From NCBI RefSeq assembly GCF_036365525.1, contig NC_090378.1:130309593-130373592 (forward strand): a stretch of DNA of 64,000 nt. Direction: 5' to 3'. Below the pieces are notes generated by a model. The model ran no database searches. It saw only the letters and a list, made by a program, of their open reading frames with translations, and had not been told where the DNA came from. The stretch is from Heterodontus francisci (Eukaryota). Below, piece by piece: positions 1-14,471 of this stretch. Within the stretch, counting starts at the first letter, position 1. The number at the start of each line of letters is the position of its first letter. The translations under genes and the position numbers were made by a program.

Positions 1-3000
1 AGGCCTAGTGCACACAGCTCTGACCAACACCAATCACCAAGAGAGAGAGAGAGAGAGGGGGATTAGAAAGGCCTAGTGCACACAGCTCTGACCAACAGCA
101 ATCACCAAGAGAGAGAGAGAGAGGGGGATTAGAAAGGCCTAGTGCACACAGCTCTGACCAACAGCAATCACCGAGAGAGAGAGAGAGAGGGGGGGATTAG
201 AAAGGCCTAGTGCACACAGCTCTGACCAACAGCAATCACCAAGAGAGAGAGAGGGGGGGATTAGAAAGGCCTAGTGCACACAGCTCTGACCAACAGCAAT
301 CACCAAGAGAGAGAGAGAGAGAGAGGGATTAGAAAGGCCTAGTGCACACAGCTCTGACCAACAGCAATCACCGAGAGAGAGAGAGAGAGGGGGGGATTAG
401 AAAGGCCTAGTGCACACAGCTCTGACCAACAGCAATCACCAAGAGAGAGAGAGGGGGGGATTAGAAAGGCCTAGTGCACACAGCTCTGACCAACAGCAAT
501 CACCAAGAGAGAGAGAGAGAGAGAGGGATTAGAAAGGCCTAGTGCACACAGCTCTGACCAACAGCAATCACCGAGAGAGAGAGAGAGAGGGGGGGATTAG
601 AAAGGCCTAGTGCACACAGCTCTGACCAACAGCAATCACCAAGAGAGAGAGAGAGGGAGATTAGAAAGGCCTAGTGCACACAGCTCTGACCAACAGCAAT
701 CACCAAGAGAGAGAGAGAGGGGGGGATTAGAAAGGCCTAGTGCACACAGCTCTGACCAACAATCACCGAGAGAGAGAGAGAGAGAGAGGGGGATTAGAAA
801 GGCCTAGTGCACACAGCTCTGACCAACAGCAATCACCGAGAGAGAGAGAGGGGGATTAGAAAGGCCTGGTGCACACAGCTCTGACCAACAGCAATCACCA
901 AGAGAGAGAGAGAGAGAGGGGGATTAGAAAGGCCTAGTGCACACAGCTCTGACCAACAGCAATCACCGAGAGAGAGAGGGGGGGATTAGAAAGGCCTAGT
1001 GCACACAGCTCTGACCAACAGCAATCACCAAGAGAGAGAGGGGGGGATGAGAAAGGCCTAGTGCACACAGCTCTGACCAACAGCAATCACCAAGAGAGAG
1101 AGAGAGGGGGGGATTAGAAAGGCCTAGTGCACACAGCTCTGACCAACAGCAATCACCAAGAGAGAGAGAGAGGGGATTAGAAAGGCCTAGTGCACACAGC
1201 TCTGACCAACAATCACCGAGAGAGAGAGAGGGGGATTAGAAAGGCCTAGTGCACACAGCTCTGACCAACAGCAATCACCAAGAGAGAGAGAGAGAGAGAG
1301 GGGGATTAGAAAGGCCTAGTGCACACAGCTCTGACCAACAGCAATCACCAAGAGAGAGAGAGAGGGGGATTAGAAAGGCCTAGTGCACACAGCTCTGACC
1401 AACAGCAATCACCAAGAGAGAGAGAGAGGGGGGGATTAGAAAGGCCTAGTGCACACAGCTCTGACCAACAGCAATCACCAAGAGAGAGAGAGAGGGGATT
1501 AGAAACCCTAGTGCACACAGCTCTGACCAACAGCAATCACCAAGAGAGAGAGAGAGGGATTAGAAAGGCCTAGTGCACACAGCTCTGACCAACAGCAATC
1601 ACCAAGAGAGAGAGAGAGGGGGGGATTAGAAAGGCCTAGTGCACACAGCTCTGACCAACAGCAATCACCAAGAGAGAGAGAGAGGGGGATTAGAAAGGCC
1701 TAGTGCACACAGCTCTGACCAACAGCAATCACCAAGAGAGAGAGAGAGGGGGATTAGAAAGGCCTAGTGCACACAGCTCTGACCAACAGCAATCACCAAG
1801 AGAGAGAGAGAGAGGGGGATTAGAAAGGCCTAGTGCACACAGCTCTGACCAACAGCAATCACCAAGAGAGAGAGAGAGAGGGGGATTAGAAAGGCCTAGT
1901 GCACACAGCTCTGACCAACAATAATCACCAAGAGAGAGAGAGAGAGAGAGGGGGATTAGAAAGGCCTAGTGCACACAGCTCTGACCAACAGCAATCACCA
2001 AGAGAGAGAGAGAGAGGGGGATTAGAAAGGCCTAGTGCACACAGCTCTGACCAACAATCACCGAGAGAGAGAGAGGGGGATTAGAAAGGCCTAGTGCACA
2101 CAGCTCTGACCAACAGCAATCACCAAGAGAGAGAGAGAGAGAGAGGGATTAGAAAGGCCTAGTGCACACAGCTCTGACCAACAGCAATCACCAAGAGAGA
2201 GAGAGAGAGGGGGGGATTAGAAAGGCCTAGTGCACACAGCTCTGACCAACAGCAATCACCAAGAGAGAGAGAGAGAGAGGGGGATTAGAAAGGCCTAGTG
2301 CACACAGCTCTGACCAACAGCAATCACCGAGAGAGAGAGGGGGAGATTAGAAAGGCCTAGTGCACACAGCTCTGACCAACAGCAATCACCAAGAGAGAGA
2401 GAGAGAGGGGGGGATTAGAAAGGCCTAGTGCACACAGCTCTGACCAACAGCAATCACCAAGAGAGAGAGAGGGGGATTAGAAAGGCCTAGTGCACACAGC
2501 TCTGACCAACAGCAATCACCAAGAGAGAGAGAGAGAGGGGGATTAGAAAGGCCTAGCGCACACAGCTCTGACCAACAGCAATCACCAAGAGAGAGAGGGG
2601 GGGATTAGAAAGGCCTAGTGCACACAGCTCTGACCAACAGCAATCACCAAGAGAGAGAGAGAGGGGGGGATTAGAAAGGCCTAGTGCACACAGCTCTGAC
2701 CAACAGCAATCACCAAGAGAGAGAGAGAGGGGATTAGAAAGGCCTAGTGCACACAGCTCTGACCAACAATCACCGAGAGAGAGAGAGGGGGATTAGAAAG
2801 GCCTAGTGCACACAGCTCTGACCAACAGCAATCACCAAGAGAGAGAGAGAGAGAGAGTGGGGGATTAGAAAGGCCTAGTGCACACAGCTCTGACCAACAG
2901 CAATCACCAAGAGAGAGAGAGAGGGGGATTAGAAAGGCCTAGTGCACACAGCTCTGACCAACAGCAATCACCAAGAGAGAGAGAGAGGGGGGGATTAGAA

Positions 3001-6000
3001 AGGCCTGGTGCACACAGCTCTGACCAACAGCAATCACCAAGAGAGAGAGAGAGGGGATTAGAAAGGCCTAGTGCACACAGCTCTGACCAACAGCAATCAC
3101 CAAGAGAGAGAGAGAGAGGGATTAGAAAGGCCTAGTGCACACAGCTCTGACCAACAGCAATCACCAAGAGAGAGAGAGAGAGGGGGATTAGAAAGGCCTA
3201 GTGCACACAGCTCTGACCAACAGCAATCACCAAGAGAGAGAGAGAGGGGGGGATTAGAAAGGCCTAGTGCACACAGCTCTGACCAACAGCAATCACCAAG
3301 AGAGAGAGAGAGGGGGGGATTAGAAAGGCCTAGTGCACACAGCTCTGACCAACAGCAATCACCAAGAGAGAGAGAGAGGGGGATTAGAAAGGCCTAGTGC
3401 ACACAGCTCTGACCAACAGCAATCACCAAGAGAGAGAGAGAGGGGGATTAGAAAGGCCTAGTGCACACAGCTCTGACCAACAGCAATCACCAAGAGAGAG
3501 AGAGAGAGGGGGATTAGAAAGGCCTAGTGCACACAGCTCTGACCAACAGCAATCACCAAGAGAGAGAGAGAGAGAGGGGGATTAGAAAGGCCTAGTGCAC
3601 ACAGCTCTGACCAACAACAATCACCAAGAGAGAGAGAGAGAGGGGGATTAGAAAGGCCTAGTGCACACAGCTCTGACCAACAGCAATCACCAAGAGAGAG
3701 AGAGAGAGGGGGATTAGAAAGGCCTAGTGCACACAGCTCTGACCAACAATCACCGAGAGAGAGAGAGGGGGATTAGAAAGGCCTAGTGCACACAGCTCTG
3801 ACCAACAGCAATCACCAAGAGAGAGAGAGAGAGAGGGGGATTAGAAAGGCCTAGTGCACACAGCTCTGACCAACAGCAATCACCAAGAGAGAGAGAGAGA
3901 GAGGGGGATTAGAAAGGCCTAGTGCACACAGCTCTGACCAACACCAATCACCAAGAGAGAGAGAGAGAGAGGGGGATTAGAAAGGCCTAGTGCACACAGC
4001 TCTGACCAACAGCAATCACCAAGAGAGAGAGAGAGAGAGGGGGATTAGAAAGGCCTAGTGCACACAGCTCTGACCAACAGCAATCACCGAGAGAGAGAGA
4101 GAGAGAGAGGGGGATTAGAAAGGCCTAGTGCACACAGCTCTGACCAACAGCAATCACCAAGAGAGAGAGAGAGGGGGGGATTAGAAAGGGCCAGTGCACA
4201 CAGCTCTGACCAACAGCAATCACCAAGAGAGAGAGAGAGAGGGGGGGATTAGAAAGGCCTAGTGCACACAGCTCTGACCAACAGCAATCACCAAGAGAGA
4301 GAGAGAGAGAGGGGGATTAGAAAGGCCTAGTGCACACAGCTCTGACCAACAGCAATCACCGAGAGAGAGAGGGGGGGATTAGAAAGGCCTAGTGCACACA
4401 GCTCTGACCAACAGCAATCACCAAGAGAGAGAGAGAGAGGGGGATTAGAAAGGCCTAGTGCACACAGCTCTGACCAACAGCAATCACCAAGAGAGAGAGA
4501 GAGAGAGGGGGATTAGAAAGGGCCAGTGCACACAGCTCTGACCAACAATCACCGAGAGAGAGAGAGAGGGGGATTAGAAAGGCCTAGTGCACACAGCTCT
4601 GACCAACAGCAATCACCGAGAGAGAGAGAGGGGGATTAGAAAGGCCTAGTGCACACAGCTCTGACCAACAGCAATCACCAAGAGAGAGAGAGAGGGGGGG
4701 ATTAGAAAGGGCCAGTGCACACAGCTCTGACCAACAGCAATCACCAAGAGAGAGAGAGAGAGGGGGGGATTAGAAAGGCCTAGTGCACACAGCTCTGACC
4801 AACAGCAATCACCGAGAGAGAGAGGGGGGGATTAGAAAGGCCTAGTGCACACAGCTCTGACCAGCACCAATCACCAAGAGAGAGAGAGAGAGTGGGGGAT
4901 TAGAAAGGCCTAGTGCACACAGCTCTGACCAACAGCAATCACCGAGAGAGAGAGAGGGGGGGATTAGAAAGGCCTAGTGCACACAGCTCTGACCAACAGC
5001 AATCACCAAGAGAGAGAGAGGGGGATTAGAAAGGCCTAGTGCACACAGCTCTGACCAACAGCAATCACCAAAAGAGAGAGAGAGGGGGATTAGAAAGGCC
5101 TAGTGCACACAGCTCTGACCAACAGCAATCACCAAAAGAGAGAGAGAGGGGGATTAGAAAGGCCTAGTGCACACAGCTCTGACCAACAGCAATAACCAAG
5201 AGAGAGAGAGAGAGGGGGGGATTAGAAAGGCCTAGTGCACACAGCTCTGACCAACAGCAATCACCGAGAGAGAGAGAGGGGGATTAGAAAGGCCTAGTGC
5301 ACACAGCTCTGACCAACAGCAATCACCAAGAGAGAGAGAGAGGGGGATTAGAAAGGCCTAGTGCACACAGCTCTGACCAACAATCACCGAGAGAGAGAGA
5401 GAGGGGGATTAGAAAGGCCTAGTGCACACAGCTCTGACCAACAATCACCAAGAGAGAGAGAGAGGGGGATTAGAAAGGCCTCGTGCACACAGCTCTGACC
5501 AACAGCAATCACCAAGAGAGAGAGAGGGGGGGATTAGAAAGGCCTAGTGCACACAGCTCTGACCAAGGGCAGTCACCAAGAGAGAGAGAGGGGGATTAGA
5601 AAGGCCTAGTGCACACAGCTCTGACCAACAATCACCAAGAGAGAGAGAGAGAGGGGGATTAGAAAGGCCTAGTGCACACAGCTCTGACCAACAGCAATCA
5701 CCAAGAGAGAGAGAGAGGGGGATTAGAAAGGCCTAGTGCACACAGCTCTGACCAACAGCAATCACCAAGAGAGAGAGAGAGGGGGATTAGAAAGGCCTAG
5801 TGCACACAGCTCTGACCAACAGCAATCACCAAGAGAGAGAGAGAGAGGGGGATTAGAAAGGCCTAGTGCACACAGCTCTGACCAACAGCAATCACCAAGA
5901 GAGAGAGAGAGAGAGGGGGATTAGAAAGGCCTAGTGCACACAGCTCTGACCAACAACAATCACCAAGAGAGAGAGAGAGAGGGGGATTAGAAAGGCCTAG

Positions 6001-9000
6001 TGCACACAGCTCTGACCAACAGCAATCACCAAGAGAGAGAGAGAGAGGGGGATTAGAAAGGCCTAGTGCACACAGCTCTGACCAACAGCAATCACCAAGA
6101 GAGAGAGAGAGAGAGAGAGGGGGATTAGAAAGGCCTAGTGCACACAGCTCTGACCAACAGCAATCACCAAGAGAGAGAGAGAGGGGGATTAGAAAGGCCT
6201 AGTGCACACAGCTCTGACCAACAGCAATCACCAAGAGAGAGAGAGAGGGGGGGATTAGAAAGGCCTAGTGCACACAGCTCTGACCAACAGCAATCACCAA
6301 GAGAGAGAGAGAGGGGATTAGAAAGGCCTAGTGCACACAGCTCTGACCAACAGCAATCACCAAGAGAGAGAGAGAGAGGGATTAGAAAGGCCTAGTGCAC
6401 ACAGCTCTGACCAACAGCAATCACCAAGAGAGAGAGAGAGAGGGGGATTAGAAAGGCCTAGTGCACACAGCTCTGACCAACAGCAATCACCAAGAGAGAG
6501 AGAGAGGGGGGGATTAGAAAGGCCTAGTGCACACAGCTCTGACCAACAGCAATCACCAAGAGAGAGAGAGAGGGGGGGATTAGAAAGGCCTAGTGCACAC
6601 AGCTCTGACCAACAGCAATCACCAAGAGAGAGAGAGAGGGGGATTAGAAAGGCCTAGTGCACACAGCTCTGACCAACAGCAATCACCAAGAGAGAGAGAG
6701 AGGGGGATTAGAAAGGCCTAGTGCACACAGCTCTGACCAACAGCAATCACCAAGAGAGAGAGAGAGAGGGGGATTAGAAAGGCCTAGTGCACACAGCTCT
6801 GACCAACAGCAATCACCAAGAGAGAGAGAGAGAGAGGGGGATTAGAAAGGCCTAGTGCACACAGCTCTGACCAACAACAATCACCAAGAGAGAGAGAGAG
6901 AGGGGGATTAGAAAGGCCTAGTGCACACAGCTCTGACCAACAGCAATCACCAAGAGAGAGAGAGAGAGGGGGATTAGAAAGGCCTAGTGCACACAGCTCT
7001 GACCAACAATCACCGAGAGAGAGAGAGGGGGATTAGAAAGGCCTAGTGCACACAGCTCTGACCAACAGCAATCACCAAGAGAGAGAGAGAGAGAGGGGGA
7101 TTAGAAAGGCCTAGTGCACACAGCTCTGACCAACAGCAATCACCAAGAGAGAGAGAGAGAGAGGGGGATTAGAAAGGCCTAGTGCACACAGCTCTGACCA
7201 ACACCAATCACCAAGAGAGAGAGAGAGAGAGGGGGATTAGAAAGGCCTAGTGCACACAGCTCTGACCAACAGCAATCACCAAGAGAGAGAGAGAGAGAGG
7301 GGGATTAGAAAGGCCTAGTGCACACAGCTCTGACCAACAGCAATCACCGAGAGAGAGAGAGAGAGAGAGGGGGATTAGAAAGGCCTAGTGCACACAGCTC
7401 TGACCAACAGCAATCACCAAGAGAGAGAGAGAGGGGGGGATTAGAAAGGGCCAGTGCACACAGCTCTGACCAACAGCAATCACCAAGAGAGAGAGAGAGA
7501 GGGGGGGATTAGAAAGGCCTAGTGCACACAGCTCTGACCAACAGCAATCACCAAGAGAGAGAGAGAGAGAGGGGGATTAGAAAGGCCTAGTGCACACAGC
7601 TCTGACCAACAGCAATCACCGAGAGAGAGAGGGGGGGATTAGAAAGGCCTAGTGCACACAGCTCTGACCAACAGCAATCACCAAGAGAGAGAGAGAGAGG
7701 GGGATTAGAAAGGCCTAGTGCACACAGCTCTGACCAACAGCAATCACCAAGAGAGAGAGAGAGAGAGGGGGATTAGAAAGGGCCAGTGCACACAGCTCTG
7801 ACCAACAATCACCGAGAGAGAGAGAGAGGGGGATTAGAAAGGCCTAGTGCACACAGCTCTGACCAACAGCAATCACCGAGAGAGAGAGAGGGGGATTAGA
7901 AAGGCCTAGTGCACACAGCTCTGACCAACAGCAATCACCAAGAGAGAGAGAGAGGGGGGGATTAGAAAGGGCCAGTGCACACAGCTCTGACCAACAGCAA
8001 TCACCAAGAGAGAGAGAGAGAGGGGGGGATTAGAAAGGCCTAGTGCACACAGCTCTGACCAACAGCAATCACCGAGAGAGAGAGGGGGGGATTAGAAAGG
8101 CCTAGTGCACACAGCTCTGACCAGCACCAATCACCAAGAGAGAGAGAGAGAGTGGGGGATTAGAAAGGCCTAGTGCACACAGCTCTGACCAACAGCAATC
8201 ACCGAGAGAGAGAGAGGGGGGGATTAGAAAGGCCTAGTGCACACAGCTCTGACCAACAGCAATCACCAAGAGAGAGAGAGGGGGATTAGAAAGGCCTAGT
8301 GCACACAGCTCTGACCAACAGCAATCACCAAAAGAGAGAGAGAGGGGGATTAGAAAGGCCTAGTGCACACAGCTCTGACCAACAGCAATCACCAAAAGAG
8401 AGAGAGAGGGGGATTAGAAAGGCCTAGTGCACACAGCTCTGACCAACAGCAATAACCAAGAGAGAGAGAGAGAGGGGGGGATTAGAAAGGCCTAGTGCAC
8501 ACAGCTCTGACCAACAGCAATCACCGAGAGAGAGAGAGGGGGATTAGAAAGGCCTAGTGCACACAGCTCTGACCAACAGCAATCACCAAGAGAGAGAGAG
8601 AGGGGGATTAGAAAGGCCTAGTGCACACAGCTCTGACCAACAATCACCGAGAGAGAGAGAGAGGGGGATTAGAAAGGCCTAGTGCACACAGCTCTGACCA
8701 ACAATCACCAAGAGAGAGAGAGAGGGGGATTAGAAAGGCCTCGTGCACACAGCTCTGACCAACAGCAATCACCAAGAGAGAGAGAGGGGGGGATTAGAAA
8801 GGCCTAGTGCACACAGCTCTGACCAAGGGCAGTCACCAAGAGAGAGAGAGGGGGATTAGAAAGGCCTAGTGCACACAGCTCTGACCAACAATCACCAAGA
8901 GAGAGAGAGAGAGGGGGATTAGAAAGGCCTAGTGCACACAGCTCTGACCAACAGCAATCACCAAGAGAGAGAGAGAGAGAGGGGGGGATTAGAAAGGCCT

Positions 9001-9380
9001 AGTGCACACAGCTCTGACCAACAATCACCAAGAGAGAGAGAGAGGGGGATTGGAAAGGCCTAGTGCACACAGCTCTGACCAACAGCAATCACCAAGAGAG
9101 AGAGAGAGAGGGGGGGATTAGAAAGGGCCAGTGCACACAGCTCTGACCAACAGCAATCACCAAGAGAGAGAGAGAGAGGGGGATTAGAAAGGCCTAGTGC
9201 ACACAGCTCTGTCCGAAAGCAATCACCGAGAGATAGAGAGAGAGAGGATTAGAAATGGTCAGTGCCCACAGCTCTAACCAAGGGCAGTCATCAAGAGATA
9301 GAGGGAGAGATAGAGGGGGCAGGGGGGAATTAGAAATGGTCAGTGCCTACAGGTCTGACTGAGAGTAATCACACAGAGGG
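1..9380. repeat. ~62-68-bp satellite, unit ATTAGAAAGGCCTAGTGCACACAGCTCTGACCAACAGCAATCACCAA(GA)n(G)m, roughly 145 copies, open at window start
   Basis: Near-invariant ~47-bp core plus a variable GA/G tract, repeated head-to-tail; units decay at 9200-9380; 3260-bp higher-order duplication. Confidence 0.98.
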
Positions 9381-9510
9381 CATTAGGACCTCCAGTTCCC
9401 CGGATGAGTGTGGCATTCGGCCAAGCAGGTCGACACTGCATTCACCCGGACCATACTCCAAAGAATAACTGGGTAGCTGCAGCCTTGAGGTGATACATTT
9501 AACAGGGACC

Positions 9511-9690
9511 ATAGAGGGATATACTGTAATGATGGGACTGTACAGAGGGATAGACTGTAATGATGGGACTGTACAGTGGGATAGACTGTAATGATGGGAC
9601 TGTACAGTGGGATATACTGTAATGATGGGACTGTACAGTGGGATAGACTGTAATGATGGGACTGTACAGTGGGATAGACTGTAATGATGA
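9511..9690. repeat. 31-bp minisatellite GGGATAGACTGTAATGATGGGACTGTACAGT, ~5.5 copies
   Basis: Direct tandem copies (GGG starts at 9547 and 9578). Confidence 0.9.
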
Positions 9691-10622
9691 ACAAGACTTC
9701 AGACAAGTTTGATGATGAGTGTCAAGCCTTTGACAAATATTTCAATTTTGGGAGTAACAAAATTCTGGAAAGAGCAAAGTTTAATAAGAGCATCCAGAAG
9801 ATAGGCAGCTCCATAGATGCTTTCATAAATGGTCGATACAGATTGGCTGAAGGATTTCAGTATGGAGAATTTGAAGTCGGAGCTGATAAGGGACCGAATA
9901 GTTGTTGGAATAGCTGACGAATCTTTATCAAATCTCTAACAGTCAAAAGACGACCTCACACCCGAGAAGGTGATTCAGATCGTAGGACAGGCAGATGTCC
10001 AAAGACAAAGTACAGCCATTCTGTGGGCTGAAGAGAAGCCTTGGATTAGAAGAAATCAAATGACAGCACAGTTCTTGAAGCTAAAGGCGGAAAGGCAATT
10101 TATAGAGAAGACGACACACACAGGTGAGAAGGTGCATGACATCTGGAAACAGCGCCAGCGCTGTGGAGCCAGGAAGACCCACAGATGGGATCAGTGTCCT
10201 GCTGGTAAAGCGGAATGTTTCAATTGTAAAAGGACAGAGCATTATGGAAAAATGTGCTAGAGCAAGACCTCTTCACTCAAAATTGCATCGAATGAATCTC
10301 AAATTGGACACAGGTGCCAGTGTGACAGTTCTGTTGGGCCAAGAGCCACAGTTGATGCGATATTGCTTACAACCAACGGACACACAGTTGCATGGTCCAG
10401 GTGGGACCCAACTGAAAGTGAAGGGTAAGCTTCAAGTAACTCTCCAGTATAGAGGGAGACAAATTATGGAAACCCTATACATTTGAAAAACCAAAAATTT
10501 TCCCTGTTAAGCAGGATAGTGTGCATAGACTTACATCTGATCAAAAAGGTCAATGAAGTCAAAAAGCCAGAGTCAAACAGTCACTTTCAAGCAAACTATT
10601 TGAAACTTTTCTCAGGTCCAGG
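9690..10622 (+). mobile_element. Degenerate Ty3/Gypsy LTR retrotransposon gag-protease fragment
   Basis: Gag zinc knuckle CFNCKRTEHYGKMC (CX2CX4HX4C) preceded by a degenerate knuckle; aspartic protease motif LKLDTGASVTVL; broken by stops and frameshifts. Confidence 0.85.
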
Positions 10623-10625
10623 AAG

Positions 10626-11930
10626 ATCTGTGCTCCAGAACTTGCCGTGACCCGAGCCAATCTGTTCCAGTACAGCTACCAGGCAATGTGGAAAATTGCC
10701 CAAGTATGTCCTGTACACAAAAAACTGGACGTGAATATAGGAGGTATGATCAGTAAGTTCGCAGATGACACGAAAGTTGGTGGTGTCGTAAATAGTAGGA
10801 GGAAAGCTTTAGATTACAGGACGATATAGATGGGCTGGTAAGATGGGCAGAGCAGTGGCAAATGGAATTTAATCCTGAGAAGTGTGAGGTGATGCATTTT
10901 GGGAGGACTAACAAGGCAAGGGAATATACAATGGATGGTAGGACCTGAGGAAGTACAGAGGGTCAGAGGGACCTTGGTGTACTTGTCCATAGATCACTGA
11001 AGGCAGCAGCAAAGGTAGATAAGGTGGTTAGGAAGGCATATGGGATACTTGCCTTTACTAGCCGAGGCATAGAATATAAGAGCAGGGAGGTTATGTTTGA
11101 GCTGTATAAAACGCTAGTTAGGCCACAGCTGGAGTACTGTGTCCAGTTCTGGTCACCACACTATAGGAAGGATGTGATTGGACTGGAGAGGGTGCAGAGG
11201 ATATTCACCAGGATGTTGCCTGGGCTGGAGCATTTCAGCTATGAAGAGAGGCTGTAAAGGCTAGGGTTGTTTTCCCTGGAGCAGGGAAAGCTGAGGGGAG
11301 ATATGATTGAAGTATAAGAAATTATGAGGGGCATTGATAGGTTAAATAGGACAAAACGTTTTCCCTTAGCAGAGGGGTCAATATTTAGGGGGCATAGATT
11401 TAAGGGAAGGGGCAGGAAGTTTAGAGTGGATTTGAGGAAAAAAATTTTCACCAGAGGGTGGTTGGAATCTGGAACACACTGCCTGAAGGGGTGATAGAGG
11501 CAGGAACCCTCACAACATTTATGAAGTATTTAGATGAGCACTTGAAATGCCATAGCATACAAGGCTACGGTCCAGGTGCTGGAAAATGGGATTAGAATAG
11601 TTAGGTGCTTGATGGCCGGCACAGACACGATGGACCGAAGGGCCTGTTTCTGTGCTGTATAACTCTATGACTCTATGACTCTAAATCCAATCTGGCCAAT
11701 TACCATCCCATCAGTCTACTCACAATCATCAGCAAAGTAATGGGACTATATCGCCTTTCCTTCACTGTCAATGGGTCAAATTCCAGGAACTCCCTTCCTA
11801 TTAGCACTGTGGGTGTGCCTACCTCACATGAACTGCAGCAGTTCAAGAAGGCAGCTCACCACCACCTTCTCGTGGACAATTAGGGATGGGCTTGTCAGCA
11901 ATGCTTATACGCCAAGAACGAAAAAAAAAA
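10626..11930 (+). mobile_element. Internally deleted CR1-group LINE relic (10626-10725 + 11684-11930), split by a CR1 insertion
   Basis: WKIAQVCPVHKK left of the insert continues as SNLANYHPISLLTIISKVM right of it; 3' end resembles 25230-25415 and ends in poly-A. Confidence 0.7.
10726..11683 (+). mobile_element. 5'-truncated CR1 LINE (RT C-terminus, 3' UTR, (CTATGA)-type tail)
   Basis: ISKFADDTK, LYKTLVRPQLEYCVQFWSP, LERVQR motifs; tail ACTCTATGACTCTATGACTCTA; several stops. Confidence 0.93.
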
Positions 11931-12149
11931 TTATCAAGGTATTGATAGGATGTTACGGTGGGATATATTTTTTTAATTCATTCGTGGGAACCTTATAAAG
12001 GGAGATATGGTACTAATGGGAACCTTATTAAGGGATCTACAGTACTCATAAAGACTGTATAGAGCAGCGATATAGGGTACTGAGGAATATACAGTACAGA
12101 TGGGAACATTATAGTGGAATGGTGCAAGGTGAAAGAACACCTTGAAAGT

Positions 12150-12826
12150 TTTCAGCTAATCAGAGAGAGCCAGCATGGATTTATATGGGTAGGTCATGCC
12201 AAATGAACCTGATTGGATCTTTTGAAGATATGACTAAGGTATGAAGAGGGGAATGTCTATGGATGTGATTTATATGGACTTCCAGAAGGCATTTGATAAC
12301 GTCCCTCATACAGGAGCTCATGGAATTGAGGCCAAATTATTGACTTGGTTAGGAAATTAGCTGACCAGCAGAAGACAGAGAGTAGGGGTAATGGGCAGAT
12401 ACTCTCATTGGCAGATGTGACTAGTTGTGTCCCTCAATGATCAGTGTTGAGGCCTCAACTATTCACCATATTTATTAACAGCTTAGATGCTGGGATAGAA
12501 AGCCACATATCCAAATTTGCCAATGATACTAAGATAGACAGCATTGTAAACTGTGTTCGATAGAAGAGTGAAATTACAAAGAGATTTTGATAGATTAAGT
12601 GAATGGACAAATTGTGACATAATGGATTTCAATGTAGGCAAATTTGAGGTCATCAACTTTGGACCTAAACAGGATAGAACAGGGTACTTTCTAAATGGTG
12701 AAAAGTTAGAAATAGTGGAGGTCCAAAGAGACTTGCAGGTCCAGGTACATAGATCATTAAAATGTCATAAATAGTTACAGAAAATAATCAAAAAGGCTAA
12801 TGGAATTCTGGCCTTTATATCCAGAG
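12150..12826 (+). mobile_element. Old CR1 LINE RT fragment
   Basis: Degenerate SQHGF, YMDFQKAFD and ISKFANDTK motifs with many stops. Confidence 0.85.
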
Positions 12827-14471
12827 GATGAGAGATACATGGTACTGAGGGATATATGTCACTGAGGGATATATGGCACCGAATGATATATGGCACTGAA
12901 GAATATATGGCACTGAATGATATATGGCACTGAGGGATATATGGCACCGAATGATATATGGCACTGAAGAATATATGGCACCGAATGATATATGGCACTG
13001 AAGAATATATGACACTGAATGAAATATGGCACTGAGGGATATATGGCACCGAATGATATATGGCACTGAAGAATATATGGCACTGAATGATATATGGCAC
13101 TGAAGAATATATGGCACTGAGGGATATATGGCACCGAATGATATATGGCACTGAAAAATATATGGCACTGAATGATATATGGCACTGAGGGATATATGGC
13201 ACTGAATGATATATGGCACTGAAGAATATATGGCACTGAGGGATATATGGCAACGAATGATATATGGCACTGAATGATATATGGCACTGAAGAATATATG
13301 GCACTGAGGGATATATGGCACTGAGGGATATATGGCACCGAATGATATATGGCACTGAAGAATATATGGCACTGAGGGATATATGGCAACGAATGATATA
13401 TGGCACTGAATGATATATGGCACTGAAGAATATATGGCACTGAGGGATATATAGCACTGAAGGATATATGGCAATGAATCATATATATGGCACTGAATGA
13501 TATATGGCACTGAAGAATATATGGCACTGAGGGATATATGGCACTGAGGGATATATGGCACCGAATGATATATGGCACTGAATGATATATGGCACTGAGG
13601 GATATATGGCACTGAGGGATATATGGCACTGAATGATATATGGCACTGAAGAATATATGGCACTGAGGGATATATGGCACTGAGGGATATATGGCAACGA
13701 ATGATATATGGCACTGAATGATATATGGCACTGAGGGATATATGGCACTGAGGGATATATGGCACTGAATGATATATGGCACTGAAGAATATATGGCACT
13801 GAGGGATATATGGCACTGAGGGATATATGGCACCGAATGATATATGGCACTGAATGATATATGGCACTGAATGAAATATGGCACTGAAGAATATATGGCA
13901 CTGAGGGATATATGGCACCAAATGATATATGGCACTGAGGGATATATGGCACCGAATGATATATGGCACTGAATGATATATGGCACTGAAGAATATATGG
14001 CACTGAGGGATATATGGCACCAAATGATATATGGCACTGAGGGATATATGGCACTGAGGGATATATGACACCGAATGATATATGGCACTGAAGAATATAT
14101 GGCACTGAGGGATATATGACACCGAATGATATATGGCACTGAGGGATATATGGCACTGAATGATATATGGCACTGAGGGATATATGGCACCAAATGATAT
14201 ATGGTACTGAATGATATATGGCACTGAATGATATATGGCACTGAGAATATATGGCACTGAATGATATATGGCACTGAGGGATATATGACACCGAATGATA
14301 TATGGCACCGAATGATATATGGCACTGAAGAATATATGGCACTGAGGGATATATGGCACTGAGGGATATATGGCACTGAGGGATATATGGCACTGAAGAA
14401 TATATGGCACTGAGGGATATATGGCACTGAGGGATATATGGCACTGAATGATATATGGCACTGAGGGATAT

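Noticed and set aside
610-7512. Many RERERGGLERPSAH ORFs
   Set aside because: Chance read-through of the 64-bp satellite; GTG starts; the frame depends on GA tract length
1-9380. CRISPR-like appearance (constant repeat plus variable segment)
   Set aside because: The variable part is only a GA/G microsatellite, not unique spacers; eukaryotic context; no cas genes
9383-9510. Possible next tenascin (EGF) exon
   Set aside because: Minus-strand frames lack EGF cysteine spacing and convincing splice sites
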